A DNA stretch of 64,000 bases from positions 1 to 64,000 of the forward strand of contig CAVUWD010000008.1 of NCBI GenBank assembly GCA_963745025.1, given 5' to 3'. Shown here piece by piece: positions 1-13,286 of the stretch. The stretch is from an uncultured delta proteobacterium (GTDB lineage Bacteria > Desulfobacterota > Binatia > JACPRU01). The notes below the pieces were generated by a model. The model was not told where the DNA came from and did not search any database. It saw only the letters and a program-made list of their open reading frames with translations. The position numbers and the translations under genes were made by a program. Every line of letters starts with the position of its first letter. Position 1 is the first letter of the stretch.

Positions 1-165
1 GCCACGCTCGGCTGGGCGCGGTACGTCGGCCGGCACGGCCACAGCATCGGCATGGAGACCTTCGGGGCGTCGGCGCCGCTGAAAGAGCTGCAGAAGAAGT
101 TCGGGTTCGTCCCCGAGAACGTCATCGACGCCGCCAGGGCGCAGATCGCCCGGGCGAGGAGGTGA
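1..165 (+). CDS. tkt: Transketolase, C-terminal end (5' truncated by window)
   Basis: Frame 1 reads ATLGWARYVGRHGHSIGMETFGASAPLKELQKKFGF...; FGASAP is the transketolase C-terminal motif; TGA at 163-165. Confidence 0.9.
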   Translation, partial: ATLGWARYVGRHGHSIGMETFGASAPLKELQKKFGFVPENVIDAARAQIARARR

Positions 166-168
166 CCC

Positions 169-3100
169 ATGCGCGTGGCCATCGGCTCGGATCATGCCGG
201 CTTCGAGTTGAAGGAGGCGGTGAAGACGTTCCTGGCCGCCGAGCATCACGAGGTCGTCGACGTCGGGACCCACAGCCAGGATCCGGTGGACTATCCCGAC
301 TACGCGCAAGCCGTCGGCGCGGCCGTGCGGGAGTCGAGGGCCGAGCGCGGCATCCTCCTCTGCGGCAGCGGCGTCGGCGCGTCGATGGTCGCGAACAGGA
401 TCCCGGGCATTCGCGCCGGCCTGTGCCATGACACGTACTCGGCGCACCAGGGCGTCGAGCACGACGACATGAACGTGCTCGTGCTCGGCGGTCGCGTCAT
501 CGGCATCGAGCTCGCCCGCGAGCTGATTCGCGCATTCTTGAACGCCCGCTTCACGGGCGAGGCGCGTCACCTGCGCCGGCTCGCCAAGATGACCGCGCTG
601 GAGAACCGGCTGCGCGCGCTCGAGGTCTTCGGCCAGTCCGTGTGGCTCGACTACATCCGTCGCAGCCTGATCACCAGCGGCGAGCTGCGCCGCCTGATCG
701 CCGAAGACGGCTTACGCGGCGTCACCTCCAACCCGGCGATCTTCGAAAAGGCCGTCGCCGGGAGCTCCGATTACCGGGAGATGCTGGAGGCGCCGGAGGC
801 GCGGACGCTGGATGCGAAGACGCTGTACGAGAGGCTCGCCGTCCGCGACATTCAAGACGCCGCCGACGCGCTGCGGGCCGTGTACGAGGAGACCGGCCGG
901 CGTGACGGGTACGTCAGCCTGGAGGTGTCCCCGTTCCTGGCGCACGACACGACGGGCACGCTGAACGAGGCCCGGCGACTCTGGCAGGCGGTCGGGCGGG
1001 ACAACCTGATGATCAAGGTCCCGGCCACCGCCGAGGGCATGCCCGCCATCGAGCAGCTCATCGGCGAGGGCATCAACGTCAACGTGACGCTGCTCTTCGC
1101 CCTGGAGGCGTACGAGCAGGTCGCGGACGCCTACATCGCCGGGCTCGAGAAGCTCGTCGCCCGCGGCGGTGACCCGACGCGGGTGGCCAGCGTGGCCAGC
1201 TTCTTCGTCAGCCGGATCGACACCGCCGATCGATGCGCTGATCGCGACACGCGCTACAGGCATCGACGAACGCCAGAGAGCAAGGCCTGCTGCGCGGCCT
1301 GACCGGCCAGGTGGCCATCGCCAACGCCAAGCTCACCTACCAGCGCTACCAGGAGCTCTTCAGCGGGCGGCGCTGGCAGGCGCTGGCCGCCCAGGGCGCC
1401 CAGACGCAGCGCCTGCTGTGGGCCAGCACGGGCACGAAGAACCCGAGCTATCGCGACGTCGTCTACGTCGAAGAGCTGATCGGGCCCGATACCGTCAACA
1501 CGATTCCGCCGGCGACCTTCGAAGCGTTTCGCGATCACGGGCGGCCGCGCGCCAGCCTCACGGAGGACGTCGACGCCGCCCGTGACACGATGGATGCGCT
1601 CGCGCGACGTCGGAATCTCCATGAAGGATGTGACCGACCGGCTCCTCGCCGAGGGCGTGCAGCTCTTCGCGGACGCCTTCGCGAAGCTGCTGAAGGCCGT
1701 GGAGAAGCAAAGCAAGGAAGCGGGAGCGGGAAAGATCAATCGCCTGACGTACACACTACCCGAGCCCCTGGCCGCTGCGGTGAACGATTCGCTGGCGGAG
1801 TGGCGCGCGCAGGGCAAGGTCAGACGGCTCTGGGGCCGCGATGCGTCGCTGTGGACCGGCAAGGATGAAGCGCACTGGCTCGGCTGGCTCGGCGTCACGA
1901 ACGACCAGCTGGCCCACATCGAGCGGCTTGACCCGCCTCGCCGAAGTGGCCAGGGGCGCCGGCTTCTCCCACGTCCTCCTGCTGGGCATGGGGGGATCGA
2001 GCCTCGGCCCCGAAGTGATGAAGATGACCTTCGGGAAGATCACGGGCTTCCCGGAGCTCCACGTGCTCGATTCGACCGACCCGGCCCAGGTGAAGGCGTT
2101 CGAGAACAAGGTCGATCTGAAGAACACGCTCTTCATCGTCTCGAGCAAATCGGGCTCCACGCTCGAGCCCAACATCTTCAAGCAGTACTTCTTCGACCGC
2201 GTCGACGCAGCTCGTCGGCGCGAAGGAAGCCGGCAGGCGCTTCGTCGCCATCACCGATCCCGGCTCGAAGCTGCAGCAGGTCGCCGAGAGCGACGGCTTT
2301 CGACACGTCTTCTTCGGCTGGCCGGATATCGGTGGGCGCTACTCGGCGCTCTCCGATTTCGGCCTGGTCCCGGCGGCCATCATGGGCGTGGATGTGGCGA
2401 AGCTCCTGGATCGGACCGAGGCGATGGTCTCTGCGTGCATGCCGTCGGTTCCGGTCGAAGAGAACCCCGGCGTCGTGCTCGGCACCATCCTCGGCGTCGC
2501 CGCGACGCAATTTCGGCCGCGACAAGGTGACGATCATCGCGTCGCCCGGCATCTCACGATCTCGGCGCCTGGCTGGAGCAGCTGCTGGCGGAGTCGACGG
2601 GCAAGGACGGCAAGGGCCTGATCCCGATCGATCGCGAAGCCGCTCGGCACGCCCGATGTCTATGGCGACGACCGTCTCTTCGTCTATCTCCGATTGCGGT
2701 CGGCGCCCGATGCGGCACAGGACACGGCCGTCGCCGAGCTGGAACGAGCCGGTCATCCGGTCGTGCGCATCGCGGTCGACGATCCGTACGACCTGGGCGA
2801 GGAGTTCTTCCGCTGGGAGATCGCGACCGCCGTGGCCGGTTCCATCCTCGGCATCCACCCGTTCGATCAGCCGGACGTGGAAGCCAGCAAGATCGTGACG
2901 CGGAGGCTGACCGCCGAGTACGAGCGAACCGGGACGTTGCCCGCGGAGACGCCGATCTTCACCGGGGACGGGATCACGCTCTTCACCGACGAGAAGAATG
3001 CGACGGCGTTGACGGGCGCTGTTGAATGGCGAGCCGACGCTGGCCGGCTATCTCACCGCGCATCTGAGCCGGCTCGGCGCCGGCGATTACTTCGCGCTGC

Positions 3101-3483
3101 TCGCCTACATCGAGATGAACGAGGCGCACGAGCGGGCGTTGCAGGCGATGCGCGTGGCGGTTCGCGACGCCAGGCGCGTCGCGACGTGCGTGGAATTCGG
3201 GCCGCGCTTCCTGCACTCGACGGGCCAGGCCTACAAGGGCGGGCCGAACACGGGCGTGTTCCTGCAGATCACGTGCGACGACGCCGTCGACCTGCCGGTG
3301 CCGGGACAGAAGTACACGTTCGGCGTGGTCAAGGCGGCCCAGGCGCGCGGCGATTTCCAGGTCCTGGTGGAGCGGGACCGCCGCGCCCTGCGCGTTCATC
3401 TGGGCTCGGACGTCGCCGCGGGGCTCGCGACGCTGCACCGTGCCCTCACGGCCGCCCTGAAGGACCGTCGGTGGACGCCCTGA
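169..3483 (+). CDS. RpiB - transaldolase - glucose-6-phosphate isomerase fusion (several apparent indels)
   Basis: RpiB motifs (IGSDHAG, DYPD, CGSGVG) run in frame into transaldolase ([31 protein letters not shown]). PGI motifs ([41 protein letters not shown]) follow across frameshifts. Confidence 0.85.
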
Positions 3484-4688
3484 CCGACGTCGTCCTCGTC
3501 CTCAATGCCGGGTCGTCGAGCATCAAGTTCTCCACGTTCGCCGTGGAAGCGCGGGCGCGATCTCGCCCTGCGCCATCGCGGCGGGATCGAGGGCATCGGC
3601 TCCGATCCTCGGTTCTTCGCCCTCGATGCCGACGGCCGGCGCGTCGTCGGATCAAGCGGGTCGGCGGCGGGCGCGTCGGCGGCGGCGACCACGAGGACGT
3701 GCTTCCGGGGCTCCTCGGGTGGATCGCCCGCCAGACGGATCGATCGCGCGTCGTGGGGGTCGGCCACCGCGTGGTGCACGGCGGCGAGCGGTTCGCGGCG
3801 CCCGTCCTGGTCGACGCCGCGATCCTCGACCAGCTGGAGAAGCTGGTGCCCCTGGCGCCGCTCCACCAGCCCCACAACCTGGCGGCGATCCGAGCGATCG
3901 GACGGGTCGCAGCCCGAGGTGGCCCAGGTCGCGTGCTTCGACACCGCATTCCATCGCACGCAGGCGCCGATCGCGCAGCTCTATGCGTTGCCGCGTGATC
4001 TCTCGGCGGCGGGCATCAAGCGGTACGGGTTCCACGGCCTCTCGTACGAGTACATCGCGAGCGTCCTGCCGGGCACCGCCGGTGACGCCGCGACGCGGAC
4101 GGGTCGTGGCCGCGCACCTCGGCAACGGCTGCAGCATGTGCGCCATGCGGAACGGCACGAGCGTCGCGACGACGATGGGCTTCACGGCGCTGGAAGGGCT
4201 GCCGATGGGGACGCGGTGCGGCGCGATCGATCCCGGCGTCATCCTCTACCTGCTGACCGAGCGTGGCATGAGCGTCGACGACGTGACAGATGTCCTCTAC
4301 CATCGCTCCGGACTCCTCGGCGTGTCGGGCATCGGCAACGACATGCGCGCGCTCCTCGCGAGCCCGGCTCCCGAGGCCGCCGAGGCCGTCGATCTGTTCG
4401 TGTACCGCGTCGGCCGCGAGCTGGGCTCGCTCGCGGCGGCGCTGGGCGGCATCGACGCCCTGGTGTTCACCGCCGGCATCGGCGAGCACGCCGCTCCGGT
4501 GAGGGCGCGCGTGTGCGAGGACGCGGCGTGGCTCGGCGTCCGCCTCGACCCGGCCGCCAACCTGGGCCGACGGGCCGAGGATCAGCACCGCGGACAGTCC
4601 CGTCTCGGTCTGGGTGATCCCGACGGACGAGGAGCTGATGATCGCCCGGCACACGCTGGCCTGCATCCGGCGCGGAGGACCGCGATGA
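3471..4688 (+). CDS. ackA: Acetate/propionate kinase (frameshifted)
   Basis: [81 protein letters not shown]. Confidence 0.9.
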
Positions 4689-5413
4689 CGCAGACGTCAC
4701 AGTCGACGCGGCCGGACGTGATCAGCCTGGCCGACGAGGAACGCGTCAACGACGTCGTGCTCGGCGCCGTCCTCGGTCTGTGGGACGTGGTCAACAACCT
4801 GACCCGGCTGCGACCGTCCCGGCGAGACCGGTACCGGGTCACGATCTTCGGCTCGGCGCGCGCCACGCCGGGGAGCTTCGGCTACGAGGAGACCAGGCGC
4901 GCGGCCGCGATGCTGGCCGCCATGGGCTGCGACATCGTGACCGGCGGCGGGCCGGGCCTCATGCAGGCCGCCAACGAAGGAGCGTCGACCGCCCCCGAGC
5001 GGGCGCGGTCCATCGGCATCCGCGTCGAGCTGCCTTTCGAGCAGGACGTCAACGCCTTCGTCGCGCAGGCGTTCCGACACCGCACGTTCTTCACGCGCCT
5101 GCACCAGTTCGCGATCGCCTCCGACGCCTTCATCGTGGCCCCGGGCGGCATCGGCACAGTCCTCGAGACGGTGATGATCTGGCAGCTCCTCCAGGTGCGG
5201 CACCTACAGGAGACGCCGCTGATCCTCGTCGGACCAACGTGGCCGGCCCTGATCGAGTGGGCCCGGCAGGCGATGCTCGCCTTCGACCCGCCCCTGGCCG
5301 ATGCCGAGGACCTGGCGATCCCGCGCTGCGTGGCGAGCGCCGACGAGGCCCTCGCGATCATCCAGGCCCATCACGCCACGTGGCTCCGCGCTCAGCCGGC
5401 AGGAGGTCCTTGA
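4685..5413 (+). CDS. LOG-family Rossmann-fold nucleotide phosphoribohydrolase
   Basis: [23 protein letters not shown] and PGGIGT motifs; ATGA overlap with the ackA stop. Confidence 0.85.
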   Translation: MTQTSQSTRPDVISLADEERVNDVVLGAVLGLWDVVNNLTRLRPSRRDRYRVTIFGSARATPGSFGYEETRRAAAMLAAMGCDIVTGGGPGLMQAANEGASTAPERARSIGIRVELPFEQDVNAFVAQAFRHRTFFTRLHQFAIASDAFIVAPGGIGTVLETVMIWQLLQVRHLQETPLILVGPTWPALIEWARQAMLAFDPPLADAEDLAIPRCVASADEALAIIQAHHATWLRAQPAGGP

Positions 5414-5711
5414 TGAAGAGAGCCCGGGCGGAGGCCGCGGCGTTCACGGCGCAGCAGCGCGGTCGCGCCGAGCCGCTCGAGAACCGCACGCTCGTCGTCG
5501 CGAACCTCGACTCTGGCGGGCGTCGCCATCGAGGCGATCTCCCTCCCTCGTCGAGACCGGAGTGATCGTGCCGCGCCACCGCCGGGTGGGCCAGAGCGAG
5601 ATCCGTGCGACCGGGCGGGTCCGATGCTCCCACGATCGCCTGCGCCACCGTCTGCCCGTTGACCACACTGCAGCGCATCCTCGTGGCAGGGGCTCGTTTT
5701 GATCCCGATCT

Positions 5712-6020
5712 GATGAAGCCGAAGGCCGAGGAGATCCCGCTCGACCGCTTCACATGGAGGCGCTGGCGCCTGGCGATCACCACCCCTCCTGGCCTCCGAG
5801 GTGGGCGGGCGCGTGAAGATGATGTTCGGGGCGCTGCTCGTCCTGCTGCTCGGCATCAATGCTCTCAACGTCGTGAACAGCTACGTCGGCCGGGACTTCG
5901 ATGACGGCCATCGAGCGGCGGAGCATGTCGGGATTCGTGGGCAAGGGCCTCCTGTACCTCGGCGTCTTCGTGGCTTCGACGATCGCCGCGGTGATCTACC
6001 GCTTCACGGAGGCTGGCGAA
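5712..6020 (+). pseudogene. N-terminal remnant of an ABC transporter permease/ATPase (YddA/BacA-like)
   Basis: LLVLLLGINALNVVNSYVGRDFMTAIE...YLGVFVASTIAAVIYRFTE across frameshifts, after which homology stops. Confidence 0.6.
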
Positions 6021-6120
6021 CGAGTCGGCTCCCTGGAGCCGCGGACGTTGGGCCAATGGCGCGAAATGCCAAGCCGCCACCCGAACGGCGGACTACTGTC
6101 GAGTGGACCTGGGGGAAGGC

Positions 6121-7081
<961 letters not shown>

Positions 7082-7157
7082 GGATCGACGTGAAGCTCCC
7101 GGTGCGCACCATGACGGAGCAAAGCCGGATCGGGGTGGAACGCCCGAGGACCGAGCG

Positions 7158-8473
7158 ATGAGCAACGAACCACCGACGGACGTGTATCCAAAGGGTCTCT
7201 TCGACCGAAGAGGAGCTACTTCAGGCGACGACGCTGCTCTACTATCTGCACGAGACGAATCCCGTCACGGGCCTGATCCGCGACAAGACCGACCCGGCGG
7301 CGCCGGCCAGCATCGCCGCCGTGGGGCTCGGCCTCGCGAGCACCCCCATCTTGGTCGAGAAGCGGCGTGATCTCCCGCGAGTTCGCCCCGGAGCTCGTGC
7401 TGCGTCTACTGCGCTTCTTGCGCGACAGCCCGCAGGGACCCGAGCCGGATGCAACCGGCTATCGGGGCTTCTACTATCATTTCCTTGACATGAAGACGGG
7501 GCGCCGCGTCTGGAACTGCGAGTTGTCCACGATCGACTCGGCCTTCCTCTTCGCCGGGATGCTCACCTGCGCGGCCTACTTCGACGCCGACACCGAGGCG
7601 GAGGCCGAGATCCGCCGGTTGGCGGTCGAGCTCTATCAGCGCGCGGACTGGCAGTGGATGCTTGCGGGCGGCACGACCGTGTCGCACGGCTGGCGGCCCG
7701 AGACCGGTTTCATCCCGCATACCTATACCGGCTACGACGAGGCGCTCCTGCTCTACCTGCTCGGCCTCGGCTCGCCGACGTTCCCGCTGCCGCCCGAGAG
7801 CTATGCCGCCTACTGCTCGACCTACCAGTGGAAGCGGATCTACGGCCGCGAGGTGCTGTACTCGGGACCGCTGTTCACGCACCAGCTCTCGCACCTCTGG
7901 ATCGACTTCCGCGGCATCCAGGACGCCTTCATGCGCGAACACGCGAGCGACTACTTCGAGAACACGCGCCAGGCGACCTACATCCATCAGGAGTACGCGC
8001 GACGCAACCCGCTCGAGTTCGCCGCCTACGGCGAGCACTGCTGGGGCATCACCGCGAGCGACGGGCCCGGCTTCGAGACGCGGCGGGTGAACGGGATCGA
8101 GCGCGAGTTCTATGGGTACCACGCCCGCGGTGCGCCCTACGGTCCGGACGACGGCACGGTGTCTCCCTGGGTCGTGGTCGCCTCGCTGCCGTTCGCGCCG
8201 GAGATCGTGATCCCGACCTTGCGCGCCATGGCGCAGCTCGATCTCGGCGCGACGAAGCGATACGGCTTCAAGCCGTCGTTCAACGCGACGTACGCGGTGC
8301 CGGACAGCCCGACGGGCTGGTGGGTCGCGCCCTACCATTTCGGCATCGACCAGGGTCCGGTCATCCTCATGGTCGAGAACTACCGCACCGGCCTGATCTG
8401 GGAGATCATGCGTCGCTGCCCGTACGTCGTGGCGGGGCTGCGGCGGGCGGGCTTCCAGGGTGGCTGGCTCTGA
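7158..8473 (+). CDS. GH144-like / glycoamylase-domain glycoside hydrolase, copy 1 (5' frameshifts)
   Basis: [64 protein letters not shown]. Confidence 0.8.
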
Positions 8474-8513
8474 CCCCGCTGCAGGGCGAGCCTCGGTCAC
8501 GGACGACGCGTCG

Positions 8514-9125
8514 ATGACCGAAGCCGCGCAGCAGCATGTTCGCGATCTGGTGAAACTCGATCGACGGGATCGTCCGGGAGGCGGACGCCCGGACGTTCGC
8601 GTTCCTCTTCGTGAGTCAGCGGGCGCCGAGCGCATGTTGGGATATCCGCTCGAGCGGTGGCTGCACGAGCCGACGTTCTGGAGTGATCGGCTGCACGCCG
8701 ACGACCGCGACCGCGCCGTCGCGATCAGGACGACGGCGACCGCCGAAGCGCGGGGCCACGAGGGCGAGTACCGCATGGTATCCGCGGACGGGCGGATCGT
8801 CTGGCTACGGGACATCGTGACGGTGGTGTGCGAGGGCGACCGGCCAGCCCGGCTGCGTGGGGTGATGGTCCACATCACCGAGCAGAAGCTCGCGATGGAG
8901 CGAATGCATTCCCAGCAGGAGCTCCTCGCCCTGGCACAGAAGGCGGCCGGGGCCATGGCCTTCGACTGGCATTTCGATCGGCCGATCAACACGTGGTCGG
9001 TCGAGCAGGAAGCCTTGTACGGGCTCGCGCCGGGGAGCTTCGACCCGCCGGCCGACTGCGCGATCGAGCGCATCGGCGAGCTGCTCCAATACGACCTCGA
9101 GACACTGGTGAGGAGGAAGACATGA
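8514..9125 (+). pseudogene. PAS/PAC sensor-domain fragment
   Basis: AERMLGYPLERW..FWSDRLHADDRD..EYRMVSADGRIVWLRD..LRGVMVHITEQK; no output domain follows. Confidence 0.65.
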
Positions 9126-9612
9126 AGGCAACGCAACGCGTGCACGACGCGGACTGCCGAATTATGCACGATAGAAGCCGTAGGATTCGAATCACGGGGC
9201 TGGCGTGTCGCCTCTCCGCGGCCGCGATCGGGGTCCTGATCGCCGGCGTGCCGGTCGCCGCGGCCGACGCGGCCGACGACCTGCTCCACCAGGCACACGT
9301 CGCGGCGGGGCGTGTCTGGTACGATAAGTACTGCACGCCGTGCCACGGGCCGGGAGGCGGACCCGGCTCGGCGGTCTATCGCGTTGGGGACAAGCCGGTG
9401 GACCTTCGCCGCTACGTCGCACGGCACCAGGGCCAGCTTTCCCGCCCACGAGTGGATCGCCGTCGTCGAGCACGTCGACCTCTCGTCCCCGCACGCCGAC
9501 GTGTGGGAGCGGATCCGTAGCTGCCCAGGCGGGCACGCGCTGCGCAGGCGGGCGGCGCGCGGGAATCGTCGTGCTGATCGCCGACTACATCATCTCGGTC
9601 CAGACGAAATAG
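9122..9612 (+). CDS. Periplasmic mono-heme c-type cytochrome (frameshifted)
   Basis: Signal-like hydrophobic segment, GRVWYDKYCTPCHG (CxxCH), C-terminus IADYIISVQTK. Confidence 0.75.
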
Positions 9613-9892
9613 CCGCCGATCTTCGGCGTCTGCGTCGCCGTCGGGGAGCGCCGCGTCGACAACGACGCGGTCCGTGGTGCGACTGGTAGGTCCGCCACGG
9701 TGCGCCGTTGCCTCCGTCGAGTGAGGCGGGTCCCCTCATGAAACGCTGGGGCGGCTCTGGCGCCTGATGACAAGCACCGCACGGCCCCGGTCCCATAGAA
9801 TCGGTCCACGACTGCGGAATACGGGCGGTGTGCGTCCGCGTGCATCCCGGGCATCGGGCCATCGGCGGAGTGACCGCAGAGGAGCAGCGCCA

Positions 9893-10390
9893 ATGACGAT
9901 CAGGGTCGGCATCAACGGCTTCGGACGGATCGGCCGCCAGGTCTACCGTGCAATTCGCGAGCACTATCCGAACCGGATCGACGTCGTCGCGGTCAACGAC
10001 GTGGGCAACCGGAAGATCATGACCCACCTCCTCAAGTACGACACGAACTACGGCCGTTTCCGCGGCGACGTGCGCGCCACGGCCGAGGGATTCGTCGCGG
10101 ACGGCGACGACGTGCAGATCCTCGCCGAGCGCGACCCGGCGCGCCTGCCGTGGAAGCAGCTCGGGGTCGAGGTGGTGGTCGAGTCGACGGGCTTCTTCCG
10201 CGAGGCCTCGAAGGCGCGCGCCCATCTCGAGGCCGGGGCGAAGAAGGTCATCATCACCGCGCCGGGGAAGAACGAGGACATCACCATCGTCCTCGGCGTC
10301 AACGAGCGGAGCTATGACCCGGCCCGCCACCACATCATCTCGAACGCCTCGTGCACGACCAACGGCCTGGCGCCGGTCGCCAAGGTGCTG
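9893..10390 (+). pseudogene. gap: Type I GAPDH N-terminal half, truncated just after the catalytic Cys
   Basis: [42 protein letters not shown], then homology ends. Confidence 0.85.
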
Positions 10391-10394
10391 TCTC

Positions 10395-10733
10395 CGCAGC
10401 CGCAACTACGTGAACGTGATCGTCGCCGGCAAGCAGCCCGCGCCGGTGTGGCTCACGATGAAGCAGGCGATCGAGCACTGCACTGCACGGCCGGCATCGG
10501 CATCTGGGAGTGGGCGAGCAACGACCGGGGGGGCAAGCCCGACGTGGTGATGGCCTGCTGCGGCGACGTCCCGACGCTCGAGACGCTGGCGGCGGTGGAC
10601 ATCCTGCGGCGGCACGCGCCGGACCTCAGGATCCGGGTCATCAACGTCGTCGACCTGATGAAGCTGGAGCCGCCGGGCGAGCATCCGCACGGGCTCCCCG
10701 ACCGCGACTTAGACGTGCTCTTCACCCGGGACA
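10395..10733 (+). pseudogene. xfp: Internal phosphoketolase fragment
   Basis: [51 protein letters not shown], matching 21278-21610. Confidence 0.85.
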
Positions 10734-10774
10734 CCGACGCGGCCCACGGCTTCCCGGCCAATACGCGGAGGTCG

Positions 10775-12097
10775 TCATGAGAGCCAGCCGCCCCGGAATC
10801 CGGCCCGGCGCAATCCCGCGGTCACATATGCGCTCCGGCGCATGATGTCCCAGAGCAGGCCGGTGCGGTAATTCTCGATCATGAGGGCCACCGGGCCTTG
10901 ATCGATGCCGAAGTGGTAGGGAGTGACCCACCAGCCCGTCGGACTGTCTGCGATCGTATACGTCTGGTTGAACGACGCCTTGAAGCCGTAGCGATCTGTC
11001 GCGCCGAGATCGAGTCGAGCCATCGCCCTGATGGTCGGGATCACTATCTCGGGAGCGAATGGGAGCGAACCAACCACCACCCACGGCGACAGCGTACCGT
11101 CATCGGGGCCGTAGGGCGCTCCGCGCGCATGATAGCCGTAGAACTCCCGCTCGACGCCGTTCACCCAGCGCTTCTCCGATCCCGGGCCATCGCTCGCGGT
11201 AATGCCCCAGCAGTATTCGCCGTAACCGGCGAACTGGCGCGGGTTCCGGCGCGCATACTCCTGGTGGACGTACGTCGCCTGCCGAGTGTTTTCGAAGTAG
11301 TCGCTGTCGTGGTCGCGCATGAACGCGTCACGGATCCCGCGGAAGTCGACCCAGAGGTGCGAGAGCTGGTGCGTGAACAGCGGCCCGGAGTAGAGAAGCT
11401 GGCGACCGTAGATTTCCTTCCACTGGTAGGTTGAAGTGTAAGCGGCGTAGCTCTCGGCGGGCAGGGGAAACGTCGGCGAGCCGAGGCCGAGCAGGTAGAC
11501 CAAGAGCGCCTCGTCATAGCCGGTCCAGGTGTACGGGATGAACCCGGTTTCGGGCCTCCAGCCGTGGGAAACCGCCGCACCGCCGTTCAGCGCCCACTTC
11601 CAATCCGCCCGCCGGTAGAGCTCATCCGCAATCCGACGGACCTCGGCCTCTTCCTCGGTGTCGGCGTCGAAGTAGGCAGCACAGGTCAACATCCCCGCAA
11701 ACAGGAAAGCCGAATCGATCGTGGACAGCTCGCACTGCCAGACACGGCGGCCGGTCTTCATGTGCAAGAAGTGGTAGTAGAAGCCCCGATAGCCTGTCGC
11801 ATCCGGCTCTGGTCCCTGCGGGCTGTCGCGGAAGAACCGCAGCGTTTGAAGGGCGAGATCGGGCGCGAACTCGCGGGAGATCACGCCGCGTTCGACGAGC
11901 ACGGGGATGCTGGCCATGGCGAGACCCACCGCGGCGATGCTGGCAGGGGCGCCTGCCTCCGTCTTGTCGCGCATCAGACCGTTGGCCGGGTTGGCCTCGT
12001 GCAGGTAGTACTCGAGCGTCGTCAGCTGCAGGCGGTTCAGGTCGTCCTCGGTCGGAAACCGGCTCGGATCTTGACCGGTCAGCGGCACATTGCTCAT
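10775..12097 (-). CDS. GH144-like / glycoamylase-domain glycoside hydrolase, copy 2
   Basis: Uninterrupted ORF with the same motif series as 7158-8473. Confidence 0.85.
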   Translation of the reverse strand: MSNVPLTGQDPSRFPTEDDLNRLQLTTLEYYLHEANPANGLMRDKTEAGAPASIAAVGLAMASIPVLVERGVISREFAPDLALQTLRFFRDSPQGPEPDATGYRGFYYHFLHMKTGRRVWQCELSTIDSAFLFAGMLTCAAYFDADTEEEAEVRRIADELYRRADWKWALNGGAAVSHGWRPETGFIPYTWTGYDEALLVYLLGLGSPTFPLPAESYAAYTSTYQWKEIYGRQLLYSGPLFTHQLSHLWVDFRGIRDAFMRDHDSDYFENTRQATYVHQEYARRNPRQFAGYGEYCWGITASDGPGSEKRWVNGVEREFYGYHARGAPYGPDDGTLSPWVVVGSLPFAPEIVIPTIRAMARLDLGATDRYGFKASFNQTYTIADSPTGWWVTPYHFGIDQGPVALMIENYRTGLLWDIMRRSAYVTAGLRRAGFRGGWLS

Positions 12098-12337
12098 CGT
12101 GGTCACCTTCCGACTCTAATGCGGCTCGCAGCCGCTTCATAGACCAGCGGGGAATGTTCGCCTCGTTCGCCTCCGGACCCGGCTACGCAGCTGGATACGG
12201 GTACGTTGAACGTGCTCGCTTACTACCGCGGCATACCCGCCGTGAGAATCTGGAACGCGCCGCTCCTCGCTGAATGTGCCCATGTCCGACGCCATCGTCT
12301 TGCTGGTGCGAGCTCTCACTGGCGGCGAGAGGGGCGC

Positions 12338-12565
12338 TCAGTGAACGCGGAGTCCGACCGATTGGAACATGCCCGCCGCGGACTCCATCTGCGCCGGCGA
12401 CGGCGGTGGCGTGTTGCCGAGCTCGTACGCGATTCCCAGCCGTTGCCACTTGAAACGACCGAGTTGATGAAACGGCAGCAGCTCGACTTCCTCGACGTTC
12501 CCGAGACCGGCCGCGAAGGCGGCGATACGCGCGATGTCGGCCGCGTCGCTCGTGCCCGCGGTCAC
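12338..12565 (-). pseudogene. pflA: C-terminal remnant of pyruvate formate-lyase activating enzyme
   Basis: IAAFAAGLGNVEEVELLPFHQLGRFKWQRLGIAYEL..PPP matches the PflA C-terminus; no radical-SAM Cys motif upstream. Confidence 0.7.
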
Positions 12566-12689
12566 GAATGATCTCCGCGGTCGACATTCATTCAGCGGAA
12601 CTACGCGCCATACGACGGCGACGGCGCGCTCAAGATCGACGAATGCGGATCGCCCTTCAGGTCGCTCGAGACGAGCGGCTCGTCGCTGT

Positions 12690-13055
12690 ATGCCCGATGA
12701 CCTTTCGCGCTCCGACCTCCAGATGCGCGCGTGTCTTCGACGCTTCGCGGAATAGCCCGGTCGACTCGACGACGACATCGACCTCTAGCGCTTTTTACGG
12801 GAGCCGCGCGGGATCGCGCTCAGCGAGCACGCGCACCTGCTCCCCGTCGGCGAGAAAGCCCTCCGCGGTCTTTCGCACCTCGCCCGGGAAGCGGCCGTAG
12901 TTCGTGTAGTACTTGAGCAGCTGCGTCATGACTGCGGGGTCGCCGACGTCATTGACGGCGACGACCTGGATGTGACCCGCATGATGCGCGCGCGTGGCGC
13001 GGTAGACCAGCCGCCAGATTCGTCCGAATCCGTTGATGCCGACCCTGATCGCCAT
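12690..13055 (-). pseudogene. gap: Second, degenerate GAPDH N-terminal remnant
   Basis: [23 protein letters not shown], in-frame stop at 12795-12797, then VVVESTGLFREASK. Confidence 0.8.
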
Positions 13056-13286
13056 AGCGGTACCTCCTCGCGTCACGCTGCTGACGTTTGGTACGGCATC
13101 CATCGGCTCCGCTACTTGTCCCTTCGCGCCAACGTCCGGGCGGTCGGCGGAGGCCTCGAGCTCCGGCGCCCTGACCGCGTTTTCTGGCGCATTTTGACAA
13201 GATTGATGGTCGATCGTGCGCCTAAGTATTGGTGATGCACGATTCCGATCGCGCCGCGCGACCGCGATCGTCTCGAGGACGTCTGG

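Noticed and set aside
3626-5413. Apparent 595-aa AckA-LOG fusion ORF
   Set aside because: It arises from an indel near 4560. The true AckA end ([10 protein letters not shown]) is in another frame, with its stop at 4686-4688.
7406-9427. Long antisense ORFs (also 13222-14802, 28063-29544 and others)
   Set aside because: Shadow frames of GC-rich genes, with no motifs of their own.
12206-12280. Possible phosphatase remnant (VLAYYRGIPAVRIW)
   Set aside because: Too short to support a call.
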